Assembly: GCA_951406725.2 (NCBI GenBank)
Contig: OX597836.1
Coordinates: 37,138,001-37,202,000, forward strand
Direction of reading: 5' to 3'
Source: Octopus vulgaris
Taxonomy: Eukaryota
Length of the DNA stretch: 64,000 nt
Part shown: positions 13,100-26,143 of the stretch, piece by piece
How positions within the stretch are numbered: position 1 is the stretch's first letter
Layout of the letters: every line of letters begins with the position of its first letter
Notes under the pieces: model-generated
What the model saw: the letters and a program-made list of their open reading frames with translations, nothing else
Told to the model about the DNA's origin: nothing
Databases searched by the model: none
Made by a program: the position numbers and the translations under genes

Positions 13100-14065
13100 C
13101 CTTGTAAAAGATGTTACTTTACTTTATTTTATTTTGTAGTCATTGCGGTTATTTTATTGCTCCATTTTGTAACGTGATTTATGTCAAATTTTTCTTGAAG
13201 ATTTGTTGAACTTGTGCTAGACATTCCTTACTTTTAAACATTTAGTCGAATGAATAGTACCGAAAGACAAAATTGGAATTCCTACATGAACATTGGACCT
13301 TCTAGAAATAGGAGCGAAACCTTCCACAACTCACACCCTGCATACTAATATAAAAACCGGGATACAGTAGACCATGTTGCCCCTTGTTCTTGGCTAGAAC
13401 ACATTTTATTTAAGTTTGGTCCCTCAGAGCCGTCATAGTGATAAACAATTAAATGAAAACTACGGTAAACAGTAAAGAATTGCCCAGTCAACAGAATACA
13501 GATATGACCACCACATTCGAAACTTTTTAGCGCAATTATGTTTCTTCACTCATTCGTTTCTTCGCCAGTCTAATCATATTCTATTTTACTTCCACAACAA
13601 TGCTAGAATAGGAGATTTTATTATTTCAAGTTCATTTCACCTCAAATATAGTATTTTCATTTGTAAAAAAAAATTATACTTGAACTATTTCTGTTTGTAA
13701 AATAATAGTAATTTTATCGACCGATTTCCTTCTGCACACTTGTTTAATTCTAAGTTTCTTAAGTATAATCATTCTTGAAAAAACTTTCCACTTCATTTTA
13801 ACAGAGAATGACGAATTTAACGGTAGAAATATTTCCTTAAGCCAGCGCATAAAAATTTATCGGCGCTTGAAATCTAAATTTGAGAGAAATTTCAATTCAA
13901 ACGCTTACTAATTACATAATTCTGCGTAATTTGAGTTCGTATTCAAATTACATAAAATGTTAATGTTTGAATTTGTACCGTAGTTTAAAGCGCTTCCATA
14001 AACGGAAGAACCTGGGACAAACAAGGCATTTTAGTATTTAGGGAAGAATATCTACTTCATTCGAT

Positions 14066-14372
14066 GTTTTTGTTCCTTCTCGAGCCATGTCTGGCTCGCT
14101 CATAAGGACCGGTTTCCCGGTTTCCTTGGCATATAGGTTCCCCACCTGGACGGGACGCCGGTCCGTCGCAGGTGAGCTGCAAGATGCAGGAGGAAAGAAT
14201 GGGAGAAAGCTGTGGCGAAAGAGTCAGCAAAAGTTTGCCATTAGCCTCTGCCGGAGCCTCGTGGAGCTTAGGTATTTCGCTCATAAACACACACATCGCC
14301 CGGTCTGAGATTCGAACCCGCGATCCCTTGACCGCGAGTCCGCTACTCTAACCACTAGGTCATGTACCTCCA
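14066..14372 (-). mobile_element. SINE family C, full length
   Basis: Reverse complement of 53165-53476; B box GGTTCGAATC; TSD TACTTCATTCGAT on both sides. Confidence 0.92.
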
Positions 14373-14649
14373 TATACTTCATTCGATTGAATGCTACTCA
14401 TGAAAACTTTGATTTGCATCTTCCCACGGTCAGTCGGCAAATTGTTATATGGATCAAGTAGTATCATTATCATTCGGGATGAAACGCTTCGCGATATTTC
14501 TTGCTGTTTTTCGTCCCGGGTTAAAAATTTGTCTCTCATCCTTTAAAATAAGTAGTAATTGAACATTTGAGCCAATGTAATTGACCGTCCCCACTTCCCC
14601 AAATATAGGTATTTTGCCTATATTAGAAACAAATATTAATATATTGGGG

Positions 14650-14855
14650 TATCACAATCGGAAGCACGTCGAACGAAATGCCTTGCATTTTCATGTTGGT
14701 AGCTAAAGTACGCAGTTCAAAACCCGGCAAGGTCAGCTTTCACTTTCAACTCTACGGGCCCAATGAAATAAAGTAATTATCAAGTACTGGAGTTGATACT
14801 GTCCACTTGACCGCTTCTCCTCAAAATTCGTAGTCTTGTACAAAAATTTGCAAGA
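14650..14855 (+). mobile_element. SINE family B, degenerate
   Basis: Weak match to 27570-27796 (GTTCAAAA..AGGTCAGCTTT..AAGTACTGG). Confidence 0.55.
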
Positions 14856-15169
14856 ATTATTTGGATGGTTGATTATCAGATTTTAAGTGGTGGTGGTGGT
14901 GGTGGTACCACTTGGTCTTCATGGAAAATTTAGTGGCCAAGACCTAGATATAAGTATGATCTCTAGTTTGGAAACTAACTCCCTCCGTTGAGAGTGAGAA
15001 AACAGGATTTATTTTTCATCTTAACTATTAAGACTTAAGTCTTTTAGTAAATCGTAATATATTAGTGAACTAAAATGTTTCTTTTGGACATGAGATTTCA
15101 TACCTGATAAGTTCCTTAACATTATATCTATGTTGTATAAAAGGGTAAAGACATGCTTTGGTCATGAAT

Positions 15170-15458
15170 AACCATGGGAATGCACCTAGAAACTTACCCT
15201 CCGAGGCACAAATTCGGGCAGGGTTATTTACTAGCAGTCGCCCATGTATACCAGCCGCGCTCCTCTCCGCGCCAGCGATGTTATCCAAGGGAAATGCAGC
15301 TTAGCACCAGTGACATCGCAAATCATTTCTACAGCTGAGCGAACTGGAACAGCGTCATATAATGTGTCTTACTCAAGAATACAACGCACAATGCAGTCCA
15401 GGAATCGAACTCACTACCTCACGATTGTGAGCCCGACGCTCTAACCACTGAGCCGTGC
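15170..15458 (-). mobile_element. SINE family D (CORE-like central domain)
   Basis: Reverse complement matches 36314-36630 (GGCTCAGTGGTTAG..GAGTTCGATTCC..TTCTTGAGTAAGACAC..CCAGTTCGCTCAGCTG). Confidence 0.8.
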
Positions 15459-15649
15459 TTATGACAAGTCATTATTTCTATATATTTCCAATTGCAGTTC
15501 TTCAAATAGATATTTCAGTTCCAGTTAAAACATTTTATTATTGTGTGAATGATTCGAACCTATCATTTGGACTTCTGGTACCTTTTATGGAGTCTAGTCT
15601 GTTGCAAGTATTGTAGTTAGCCCTCTGGTCAAACGGTAGATCCATCTCT

Positions 15650-16450
15650 GGATCTTTTCAGTTTGAACGGCTGTTTTTAACATAATTTCTAGGTAACTAA
15701 AAAATTTTAAACTTCGTATACTGATAGAATGTGTTTATAAAACATCTTTTTCTCTTGGCTTTATTGAGAAAATTCTATAGTTTGTAAGATATTTGTTTTA
15801 TACTTCAATTTCTGCAATTTCAACCAATCATTGCCGTCTATTGAGGTAAAAAACATTCTGTGTCGTATGAATATGTCCTTCGTTTAAGAAACAGATTGGG
15901 TATATTTACATTTGTGTGGTAAGTAGCTTGCTTACCAACTACATGGTTCCGGGTTCAGTCCCACTACGTGGCATCTTGGGCAAGTGTCCTCTGCTATAGC
16001 CACGGGCCGACCAATGCCTTGTGAGTGAATTTGGTAGACGGAAACTGAAAGAAGCCTGTCGTATATACGTATATATATATATGTATCTGTGTGTATGTTT
16101 GTGTGTCTGTGTTTGTCACCCTAGCATTGCTTGACAACCGATGCTGGTGTGTTTACGTCCCCGTCACTTAGCGGTTCGGCAAAAGAGACCGATAGAATAA
16201 GTACTGGGCTTACAAAGAATAAGTCCCTGGGACGATTTGCTCGACTAAAGGTGGTGCTCCAGCATGGCCGCAGTCAAATGACTGAAACAAGTAAAAGAGT
16301 AAAGAGTAAAAAAAGATACCCTTCCCTCCATCCATAACCCTAACCCTAAAACAGATTGAAATGCAATAGATCGATACTAGGGTCATAATTATGGGTGACA
16401 ATATTATATGACACCGCTAGAAAAAACTGCCGTTCAAACCGAAATGATCC
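15650..16450. mobile_element. Non-autonomous DNA transposon (MITE) with GG-terminal TIRs and 8-bp TSD; Merlin-like by these criteria. Interrupted by a SINE.
   Basis: TIR GGATCTTTTCAGTTTGAACGGCTGTTTTT / AAAAACTGCCGTTCAAACCGAAATGATCC; TSD CCATCTCT at 15642-15649 and 16451-16458; internal TAACCCTAACCCTAA. Confidence 0.85.
15913..16310 (+). mobile_element. SINE family A nested in the MITE
   Basis: Near-identical to the reverse complement of 7057-7481. Confidence 0.92.
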
Positions 16451-17344
16451 CCATCTCTTTTTCATGTCCTGAAAATAATGATGAGTGTTGTCACTCCTCT
16501 TCTGACACAGACATAAATATAAACTAAATACTACGTCATTTGTGGCACACGAGATTCTCTGTATTTTCTGCTCATCTTTACATCTCAATCTTTGGAATCT
16601 GAATCGATATGAAACAGAATAGCGTGGATTTCAATAATAAATTCATAAATATTCAACTAGTACACAGTTCATTAACAATTGCTGTAATATTAATATATCA
16701 ATAAAGACAGGCGGTCAGACATATTCAGACATTTAGAGGTATTCGATACATCCTGTGAAATTGAAATGTGGATATAATTTCGCATATTATGCAATTAATT
16801 GTGGACAGAGATCAATGTTACATAAAAATCCAGAAGGAAACAGTGACAATATTTATATAACGTTTCCTTATATGCCTTTGTATAATGTTGCTTTATATCG
16901 TTTATATTTACAGCTAAATGCATAATATGCGTCATGATATCGACTATTCACAGGATACTTCGACTCAACTGTAAAGATACCATTATATCACATGATATAA
17001 TACTGTAATTTATGTAAATAAATTCCACGTACCTATAGTCGTTCGTCTATATAGTTTATTGATATTTCTTCGAACTTTTCCTTCTAGCCAAATTACCTAT
17101 TTTCGGAGTAAAATTCTGATTACGAAGTTGAATTTTAAGAATTAGAAATGTCAGAGAATTAACGTGGTGTCTATCAATTCATGCGTAATCATCCCAATAT
17201 ATAAATATGCAAATTTAAACCAGTATAGGTACTAATATGTTTTGTCAACTATTTCTGAACGAATGTTCAAAAATATGAAATTTAGATTTGCAATATATAT
17301 ATCAAATACCATATTATTCAAAATAAGACGTCAAACTGACGCAA

Positions 17345-17735
17345 TCATCAGTATGCCGGGCCAAAATGCTTGGCGGCATTTCGTCTGCCGTTACGTTGTG
17401 AGTTCAAATTCCGCCGAGGTCGACTTTACTCTTCTATCCTTTCGGGGTCGATAAATTAAGTACGATAAATTAAGTCACGCACTGGGGTCGATGTAATCGA
17501 CTTAATACCTATGTCTATCCTTGTTTGTCCCCTCTATGTTTAGCCCCTTGTAGGTAATAAAGAAATAAGTATTTTGTCCGTCTTTAGGTTCTAAGTACGA
17601 ATTTCGTCGTGGTAGCCCTTGCCTTTCATCCTTTTGAATGTCAATAAAATAAGTACAAGTTAAACACTGAGGTCGACGTAATTGATTTACCATCGTCCTC
17701 GAAATTGCTCTTCTTGAGTCAACATTTGAAAATAA
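17345..17735 (+). mobile_element. SINE family B (copy plus partial second body)
   Basis: GAGTTCAAATTCCGCCGAGGTCGACTTT..TCCTTTCGGGGTCGATAAATTAAGTAC. Confidence 0.82.
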
Positions 17736-17869
17736 TATGGCGTCCCAACTGTTACGGGAAGCATACTAAAAACACGGAAGTTGAATTTGTAATGGATATT
17801 TAAAACCGTATAAATATGCACAAAAATTAAAGAGGGTTAACTGGTAGAAGCCTTTCGCACACAACACGA

Positions 17870-18050
17870 ACATATTTGGGCGGTATTACGTTCGTCTTTA
17901 CGTTCACACTTCAAATTCCAGCGTGGCCGACGTTGTCCTTAATTCTTTAGCGGTCAATAAAATAAGTACCAGTTGAGAAGTGGGGTCGATGTAATCGACG
18001 CAGCAGCTCTCTCGGAACTGCTGGTCTTATGCAAAAATTTGAAAGCAATA
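17870..18050 (+). mobile_element. SINE family B, degenerate
   Basis: Aligns to 27570-27730. Confidence 0.65.
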
Positions 18051-18484
18051 TGCATAAAAACAGTTTCTTTTTTCTAATTCAAAAAGGATTGTCTTTATTT
18101 TATTATTTTTTTCGTTACCATCTATATTTGCAACGCACGAATATTTGCATAATTATTCTAAATACGCCCAGGCAGTTTCAAACAAAATATCTGCTCTCGA
18201 ATGGCCAGTTCGTAATTCAGTGTATCACAAAGGAGTCCTTTTTGGCTTACAGACAGAAACCATCATCAAAGAGCAATTGCCTAAATGTTATACATATTTG
18301 TTCACGTTACCTATACTTTCAGGTGAAATCAAGCTTCAATTATGTATGACATGAGTAGCTCTTGAAATTGGATGCACAAGCTATCGACTAAGTTTTCACA
18401 TAGATTTCATTTACAGAATCTCGTTGATTAGGCTGATTAATGGAGACATTAAAAGATAATTGCCCAAGATATATCATACTCTGA

Positions 18485-18621
18485 AGGCGGTGAGTTGGCA
18501 GAAACGTTAGCACGATTAAATAAGTACCAGTTACGCACTGAGGTCGATATGATCGACTTAATCCATTTGTTTGTCTTTGTCCCTTCTGTGTTTAGCCCCT
18601 TGCGGGTAGTAAAGAAATTGG
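18485..18621 (+). mobile_element. SINE family B, internally deleted, nested in an old family A remnant
   Basis: 15-bp TSD TATATCATACTCTGA at 18470-18484 and 18622-18636. Confidence 0.85.
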
Positions 18622-18719
18622 TATATCATACTCTGACCGAACCCGGGATCTAATGGTTCCTAAGAGATCTTAATCATTCTGCCACTTCTACACTTATATG
18701 CAAATTTTATTAAAACACA

Positions 18720-19118
18720 TCTTTATATATAAAAGAGAGGTTGTGTGTCTGTCTCCTACGATTTAGATTCCTAACTACTCCCACATTTTGCGGTGCAGTT
18801 TAACCAAAACCGGGTATCTTATAGTCGTGATTCATATCGAACCCTTCTGGGTATTAGCGCGCGTCTACGATGAGTCTACGATTAAAAAAAAAATTACCAT
18901 CATAGTTTTCCATTTTAATGCATTTTTTTTCGCTATTATATAAGGGAAGTAGCTCTCTAAAAATGTCTACGATGAGTCAACGATTTAAAAAAAAATTTAC
19001 CATCATTTTTTTTTCCATTTTTAATGCATGTTTTGCTATTTTTTGGCTATAACTCTCTAAAAATGCTTATATAGTTATTTCCCTTACAAACCCGAGCAAC
19101 GCCGGGCGATACTGCTAG
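18720..19118 (+). mobile_element. Non-autonomous Helitron
   Basis: A|TC start, subterminal hairpin CCCG-AGCAACGC-CGGG, CTAG|T end, no TSD; second copy at 39072-39465. Confidence 0.9.
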
Positions 19119-19444
19119 TTTGTTATATAAAACATAGAGTGTTTCAGAGTAGTGGTGTTGGATATATTCCAACACGGAGAGAGGTCATTTCGAGAACAAA
19201 TTTAGCATAAAACATTTTAGTAATATGGAAATTGGAAATGAATGAAACTTTTATTCAACGACTCTCCACTCCATATGCTACAACCTGACAGAAATTATCG
19301 ATAATATAATATCTGTATTTCATTGGAAATGATATTTCAGATAACAATAATTCTCCCGTTATATTTTAGTAACTAACATCTCATGCGTCTTATTTCTTAC
19401 CAATAAGTCTATATAGGTGTACGCGCGCGCGTTCTGTGTCGACA

Positions 19445-19508
19445 TTTATGTATGTATGTATGTGTGTATATATATATATATATATGCTTACATGCATATC
19501 TATATGTG

Positions 19509-19552
<44 letters not shown>

Positions 19553-19945
19553 AATATGTGTGTGCATATGTATATATGACAGTATATATATATGTGGGTA
19601 TATGTATATATGACACTATATATATGTGGGTATATGTATATATTTACATATGTATATGTGGATATATGTATATATATACCTATATGAAAATGTGTGTATA
19701 CGTATGCATATATATGTAACTATATATATATATATCATATATATATTATATATATATACACATATATATATATATGTGTGCAAGCATGTAAATATAAATA
19801 TATATTTACATGCATGTATTTGTATATATATATTTGTGTGTGTGTGTGTGTGTACATATGCATATGTATGTATATATGTAACTAATTATATGTGTGTATA
19901 TATATACATATATAGTTTCCATTATATCTCAGTATATGTATATAA
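19445..19945. repeat. Degenerate TA/TG microsatellite tract
   Basis: Direct reading. Confidence 0.9.
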
Positions 19946-20274
19946 TGGCCAGATGGTCAGCGGAATGCAAAGAAGCATAATTCAAAGCACAATGAAATAT
20001 GGAAAGCCGTTATTGACCAAATTTATATATTCTAATTGAATATGAATATAAAATATTAAGTATTATATCTAAAATCATTGCTGAAAATGAGAAATAATAT
20101 CATTATTGTATTAGCTTTGTCAATATTAAACTATTTATTCTTTGAAAAGGAAGAATCGTGTAAAGTCTATGATCAGGGAATCCGGGATAAATTTGATGGT
20201 CTTTTATGTCCCTTTATTTGGAGAAGATGGGGTTAGGAAATGCTTAAAATATAGGTGAAGAATCATTGAATATT

Positions 20275-20665
20275 CTTTTCTACTCTAGGCACAAGACCCA
20301 AAATTTTTTGGGGGAGGGGAACATTCGATTAGATCGACCCCACTACGCAACTGGTACTTAATATATCGATCCCGAAAAGATGAAAGGCAAAGTCGACACC
20401 GACGGAATTTGAACTCAGATCGTAAAGACAGAAGAAATATCTATTTCCTTACTACCCACAAGGGGCTAAACACAGAGAGGACAAACAAGGACAAACAAAC
20501 GGATTAAGTCGATTATGTCGACCTCAGTGCGTAACTGTTACTTCTTTAATTGACCCCGGAAGGATGAAAGGCAAAGTCGACCTCGGAGGAATTTGAACTC
20601 AGGACGTAGCGGCACTCGAAATACAGCTAACCTCTTCATCCGGCGTGCTAACCTTTTCGCCGGGT
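20275..20665 (-). mobile_element. SINE family B (two-part copy)
   Basis: Reverse complement of the 17345-17735 arrangement. Confidence 0.82.
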
Positions 20666-20842
20666 GTGCTATAGGAAAAAGTGTTACCACGATCATTGTT
20701 AGTGGCGCCGGCGACAGAAATGCCGACTTCATGACCGATGCTCAATGCTTTGCGAATATATAAATGCTGTAAAACGTGACGTCGATGAGTATTACAGAGT
20801 TTATGAAGCCTGGAACGATGCTTGTGAATCTGTCATTTTATA

Positions 20843-21803
20843 TCTTCTCTCTATATAAACGGCAGTTTGTCTGTCTGTGTGTCTGTGTGTCTGTCAGGTT
20901 GTACCCTCACCCTGACCACGGCTTTCAACCGATTCTGATTAAACTTAACACACACATAGCCCAATGTCATAATTCAAAACTAAACGATGCGAAAATTTTG
21001 AAAAGTTCCCCCAGTTCTGAAGAAAATCGATAAATTCGACATGGGGTCGAGAATCAGAAACACAAACCACAGACTGTCTAGGGGACGCAACTCGACCTTT
21101 TTAACTCTCAACTCCATCAATATCCAGCTACTTGAAGCTATTCCTGGTGATATCCACGTCTACAAATTTATTGATAGGACAGCAGACCCCGCCGACCTTG
21201 CCGATTATCCTGTTGAATTCCTGAAATCACTTGAACCGCCAGGCCTGCCGCCACACATCCTGAAGTTAAAAGTCGATGCGCCCATTATGCTCATCAGAAA
21301 TTTGGTTCCACCTAAACAGTGCAGCGGCACACGTCTGGTTGTGAACATTTGCCACCACATTTAATAACGGCCACAATACTTACCAGTTGTGGTAAGGGAG
21401 AGGACGTCTTCATTCCACGCATGCACCTCCAACCGTCGAGCGCTGACCTACCAATCCACTTCAGGCGTTCTCAGTTTCCTGTTAAACTCTGCTTCGCAAT
21501 GTCCATCAATAAATCCCAAGGCCAAACGCTACAAGTCGCTGGGTTACAGTTGGGCGAACAGTACTTCGCCCACGGTCAACTCTACGTAGGCTGTTCACGC
21601 GTTGGGAGGCGCAATGATGTTTTCATGTTTTCGCCCAAAGGGACAGCTAGGAACATCGTATACACAGAAGTATTCGAGTGAAGAGAAGACATTGCAACCT
21701 ACACATGCGCCTTCGTTCCCTAGAGGGAAAGGACTAGATTGGGATTAGTCGTTGCCTACTAGGGGCTCTTACATACCCGGGCAATGTCGGGCTATGCTGC
21801 TAG
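20843..21803 (+). mobile_element. Internally deleted Helitron retaining the helicase C-terminus
   Basis: A|TC start with (GTCT)n, hairpin CCCGG-GCAATG-TCGGG, CTAG|T end; encloses a PIF1-family fragment. Confidence 0.92.
21105..21681 (+). pseudogene. Helitron RepHel PIF1-like helicase C-terminal fragment, frameshifted near 21345
   Basis: YPVEFLKSLEPPGLPPHILKLKVDAPIMLIRNL...SGTRL and VFIPR...RSQFPVKLCFAMSINKSQGQTL...HGQLYVGCSRV...NIVYTEVF are typical Helitron helicase motifs. Confidence 0.93.
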
Positions 21804-22089
21804 TTCGCTATAAAGGAACGCTCTGTTTATGAACTGGCACCAGACAACCTTGACATACCACATTAGGTCTAGCTGTCCGGAACGCAAAGGCTAAGTATTT
21901 AATTCCTCTCGTTCATACAGACTACAGGTCACATATGTTCGTCATGTCGGCTCTATTTTAATATAATGCCATTAAATTTTCTTACGCCCAGATAAAAACT
22001 GTTGCTGCTAAATTGTTCATACGCCACTAAACGATGATTCCATGACATCATGACGTACTGATTCCATGACATCATGCCACGGCAACCCC

Positions 22090-22272
22090 ACCGCGATAGG
22101 TGAAAATCCACGAAATGAAAACAGCACTGTAATGTATCTTTTTATTTTTATAATTTATATATATATATATATATTTATTTTTTATAAATGCTAAGCAACA
22201 CGACACAGGAATCGACGTAAGCTTATATAATAAACCGCGATAAGTGGACCGCGATATGGCGAAGAATTACAG
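22090..22272. mobile_element. Right end of a pogo/Tigger-like Tc1/mariner MITE
   Basis: CCGCGATAAGTGGACCGCGATATGGCGAAGAATTACAG followed by TA, with repeated CCGCGATA motifs. The left end was not located. Confidence 0.5.
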
Positions 22273-22369
22273 TACACACATATACGATGGATTTTTAGCT
22301 TATGCCTACCAAATCCACACTTAAGGCTTTGGCCAACCTGGAGCTATATTAGAAAAGACTTGCTCTCCT

Positions 22370-22620
22370 TTCTCTTTTACTCTTTTACTTGTTTCAGTCA
22401 TTTGACAGCGGCCATACTAGAGCACCGCCTTTAGACGAGCAAATCGACCCCGGGACTTATTCTTTGTAAGCCCAGTACTTATTCTATCGGTCTCTTTTGC
22501 CAACCGCTAAGTGACGGGGACGTAAACACACCAGCATCAGTTGTCAAGCAATGCTGGGGGGACAAACACAGACACACAAACACACACACGCACTTATATA
22601 TATATATACATATATACGAC
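22370..22620 (-). mobile_element. SINE family A, 3' half
   Basis: Near-identical to 7057-7327. Confidence 0.88.
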
Positions 22621-23513
22621 ATATAATGGCGGTGCCCCAGCATGGCCACAGCTCATAAGCTGAAACTAGAATCAATCAATCAATCAAAGATGCCTCGATT
22701 AGGTATCTAATATCAATTTTATATTATAGATTCAAAAGGATAAAAATATACGAAATTTACTTCGGCGGAGATTGAACTCAGGCGCAATAAATAAAGTAAA
22801 GCATTTTGTTCGACACTCTAACGATTCTGCCAACTAAATGGTCTGGGTTTTATTTCATTATTTGTTTATTCGCAGAGAAATTTAGGAGTAGTCGAATGAT
22901 AGAGGCAATAAATATTTAATTCCTATGCTGGAACATATGTCTACTCTCTAATATATAATATATATCTCCAGCTATTAGTTGAATTATTGGTGTCATAAAC
23001 GTCTTTTAATCATCCCTCTCCTGTGTGTGGCATTTATGCTTGCAAGAGATATAACGTTCAGCTAATAAATGCCTACGCTCCTTTGGTGTCTTTCCTAATT
23101 AACTAGAAATAATGTGTCGACAGTTAGTGTTATGATCTTACTTCAAATAGGTATTATATACTCCAGCCCGTTCATGGCACACATACCGGAGTGTATATAT
23201 ATCCGTACGATTATGAATACACACACACACACACACACACATACTCACGCTCACGCAGAAACGTACAAACACACATATGCATAACTGTGTATAAATATAT
23301 ATTTATATGGTTATATGTGTATACATATATAAGTGTGCATGTGTGTATGTATATAAATGCACAAATATATATATAGATATGTGCACTTAATATAAAAATA
23401 TGAAATAAAATGTTAGTGATTATATGTGTGTAACATGTGTATGTATTCATGGATTTATGTCAGTATTATGGTGTGAAGGACGCATGCACAAACCCATATG
23501 CATATACCCATGA

Positions 23514-23559
<46 letters not shown>

Positions 23560-23669
23560 GTAACATAAAGAGGAATTTCGATTATCACCACGTAGTGAGT
23601 TGTAATGTATATAAGAAATTAAAAAAGGAAAATACGCACACTTACATAGTTTTAATATAATGTTTAATG

Positions 23670-24319
23670 GGATGTTTTCCTTTTGAACAGCAGATGTCAA
23701 CACAATTTCTAGTTAACTAAACACTTTTAAACTTCGTATACTGGTAGAATGTGTTTATAAAACATCAATTTCTCTTGGCTTTATTGAGAAAATTCTATAG
23801 TTTATAAGGATATTTCGTCTGAAAATCCGAGCATTTCGGCAATTTAACCGAAATCGATTACCTCCATTCAACTAAAATCATTTGCTGCGTCTAAAACTGA
23901 GACAACATCCTGTAACTAACCCTAAACCTCCCCCTTAACTCCAACCCTAACCCTAAATTTTTTTTTTCTCAATTGTTAAATTAATTTAATTCCATTGCTT
24001 TAGTTTTTTTTACACGCGTAACAATTAAATTAATTTAACAATTAAGAAAAAAAAATAGGATTAGGGTTAGGGTTAGGGGGGAGGTTTAGGGTTAGTTACA
24101 GGATGTTTTCTCAGTTTTAGACGCAGCAAATGATTTTAGCTCAAAAGAGGGCATAGGACTGGTTAAAATTCGAAAAATTAAACTTTGTTAAACAAATTAC
24201 AATTTTCTCAAGAAAGCCAAGAGAAAAAAATGATTTATTTTGACACATTCTACCAGTATACGAAGTTTTAAAGTGTTTAGTTAACTAGAAATTGTCTGCC
24301 GTTCAAAAGGAAAAGATCC
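23670..24319. mobile_element. Fold-back MITE (whole-length imperfect palindrome) related to 15650-16450, with telomere-like repeats in both arms
   Basis: Arms 23670-~23990 and ~24023-24319 are inverted copies; termini GGATG../..GATCC; CCCTAA and TTAGGG runs; no matching TSD. Confidence 0.85.
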
Positions 24320-24666
24320 AAATTTTGTCTACGTTGTGAGTGATGGAATTCACTAGTGAATGATTTCACAAGTTGATAAATAACGGGGGGTAATTGGTTG
24401 TCGTTATTATTGTTATTGTTGTGGGTAAGAGATATAACTGTTCAGCTTTCAGTAATGGGAGGGGAATATATATGTGAATAGACCGAGACAAGTTTCAAAA
24501 ACCTTGTTTAGTGAGGGGATTTATGTACAGTGTTGTAATCGTGAATTGAAATATGTAAAAAGATAAGAGTTGGTTATGCGTGTATATAAAGTTTCTTTAT
24601 TTAAACGTTTTAGTTGAGAGATTGTGTCTTTGCACTGGTGGAAAGAGAAGACTGTTATATATAACT

Positions 24667-25030
24667 ATAATTATAATTAAGGTTCAGGTAACTGCTTGAC
24701 CACATACTGAAATTAGAAATAGGAGTTAGAATTTCCTTTTCTGCTTCTATAAGAATCTCCATGACGATAAACATACTTTTTTGCCCTCGTAAAAAACTTA
24801 TGTTTACCGCCATGGAGATTCTTATAGCAGTAGAAAAGGAATTTTTAAACTCCTCTTTCTAATTTCGGTATGTGGTGAAGCAGTTAGCTGAATCCTAATA
24901 ATAATTATGTGGATAATTTTACCTATACAGGTTATTTTGGCGTACCGATCCACTTGGTAAAATTGTTAATTAATTGATTAATTAATCAATTAATTTAATT
25001 AATAAATTTTACCCTTCTATTTTTAATATA
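24667..25030. mobile_element. PLE-like fold-back element ending in a terminal hairpin next to (TA)n
   Basis: Inverted arms 24667-24775 and 24800-24908; hairpin GGTAAAATT..AATTTTACC at 24956-25013. Confidence 0.6.
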
Positions 25031-25051
25031 AAATTATATATATATATATAC

Positions 25052-25320
25052 TGTTGTGTCTGGGGAGAGTCATTCTCTTTTAGTGCCTTATTATTTAACA
25101 CACTCACCGGTAACATTCCCAGTTATTTCTTATTTTTATTTTCTAAAAATGTCGTTGCGTCTTGTAACCTTTTCAATAGTCTTGACTGACTATTGAAAAG
25201 GTTGCAAGTGTGTTAAATAATAAGGCACTAAAAGAGAATGACTCTCTCCAGACACAACATAATATGCTTCAACACACGAACTCATATAAAGAATCTTGCA
25301 AACCAAATCCAAAAACGAAA
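25052..25320. mobile_element. PLE-like fold-back element between (TA)n arrays
   Basis: Inverted arms 25052-25103 and 25208-25259 plus an inner inverted piece; end 25255-25320 matches the reverse complement of 50407-50470. Confidence 0.75.
25143..25179 (-). ncRNA. Hammerhead-like motif with U3-A8 core variant, mutated
   Basis: Minus strand: CTA-TTGAAAA-G-GTTAC-AAGAC-GCAAC-GACA-TTTT-TAG. The partial inverted copy at 25188-25208 keeps GTTGC, restoring stem II. Confidence 0.5.
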
Positions 25321-25831
25321 TATATATATATATATATATATACATATATGGTTGTCTACCCTACCTGTTTGTGTCTTGGTGTGTAGGCGTACACGTGTGT
25401 GTGTGTGTGAAGAGAAAAGGAAGGGGAAAGAAAAAGGAAACCGAAAAAATAAACCCAGTGCCTTCTTGATACTGAGAACTCTTACAATCGTTAATTACTC
25501 CAAGTTTCACGCAGTCGATCATTAAGCAGAATTGATGTATTGGGAAAAATACGTTGGTAGCCAGTTCTTTTGAGCTGTACGGTGAGGATTAGCACGAAAC
25601 TAATCAAATACTCATTCAAACCTAATTGGACAGGACGTTGTTACATTTTGAATTTGATGGAATCTCTTTGATAAGTCGATAGGCCATTAGTGAAAATTAT
25701 ATAAACATTAGTAAAATACACATTAGCGAAATAAAGTTGAATAAAACCGCTGTCGAGGAAATTGTCTAGGCAAACAATTTTAGAGACTGGAAGTCAGAGA
25801 TGAAGTTTGCGAAAGAAGTAAAAATTAGCTA

Positions 25832-25906
25832 AGTTAAGGCCTGGAAATCGAAACCACGATCCTACGACCGCGAGCCGCTCTCCCAACCACCAGGCCACTG
25901 CGCCTC

Positions 25907-25909
<3 letters not shown>
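25832..25909 (-). mobile_element. SINE family C head only
   Basis: Reverse complement GTGGAGGCGCAGTGGCCTGGTGGTTGGGAGAGCGG..GGTTTCGATTTCCAGGCC. Confidence 0.75.

Positions 25910-26143
<234 letters not shown>

Noticed and set aside
23915-24094. True telomere or chromosome fusion site
   Set aside because: Only two to four imperfect TTAGGG units per arm, embedded in a MITE
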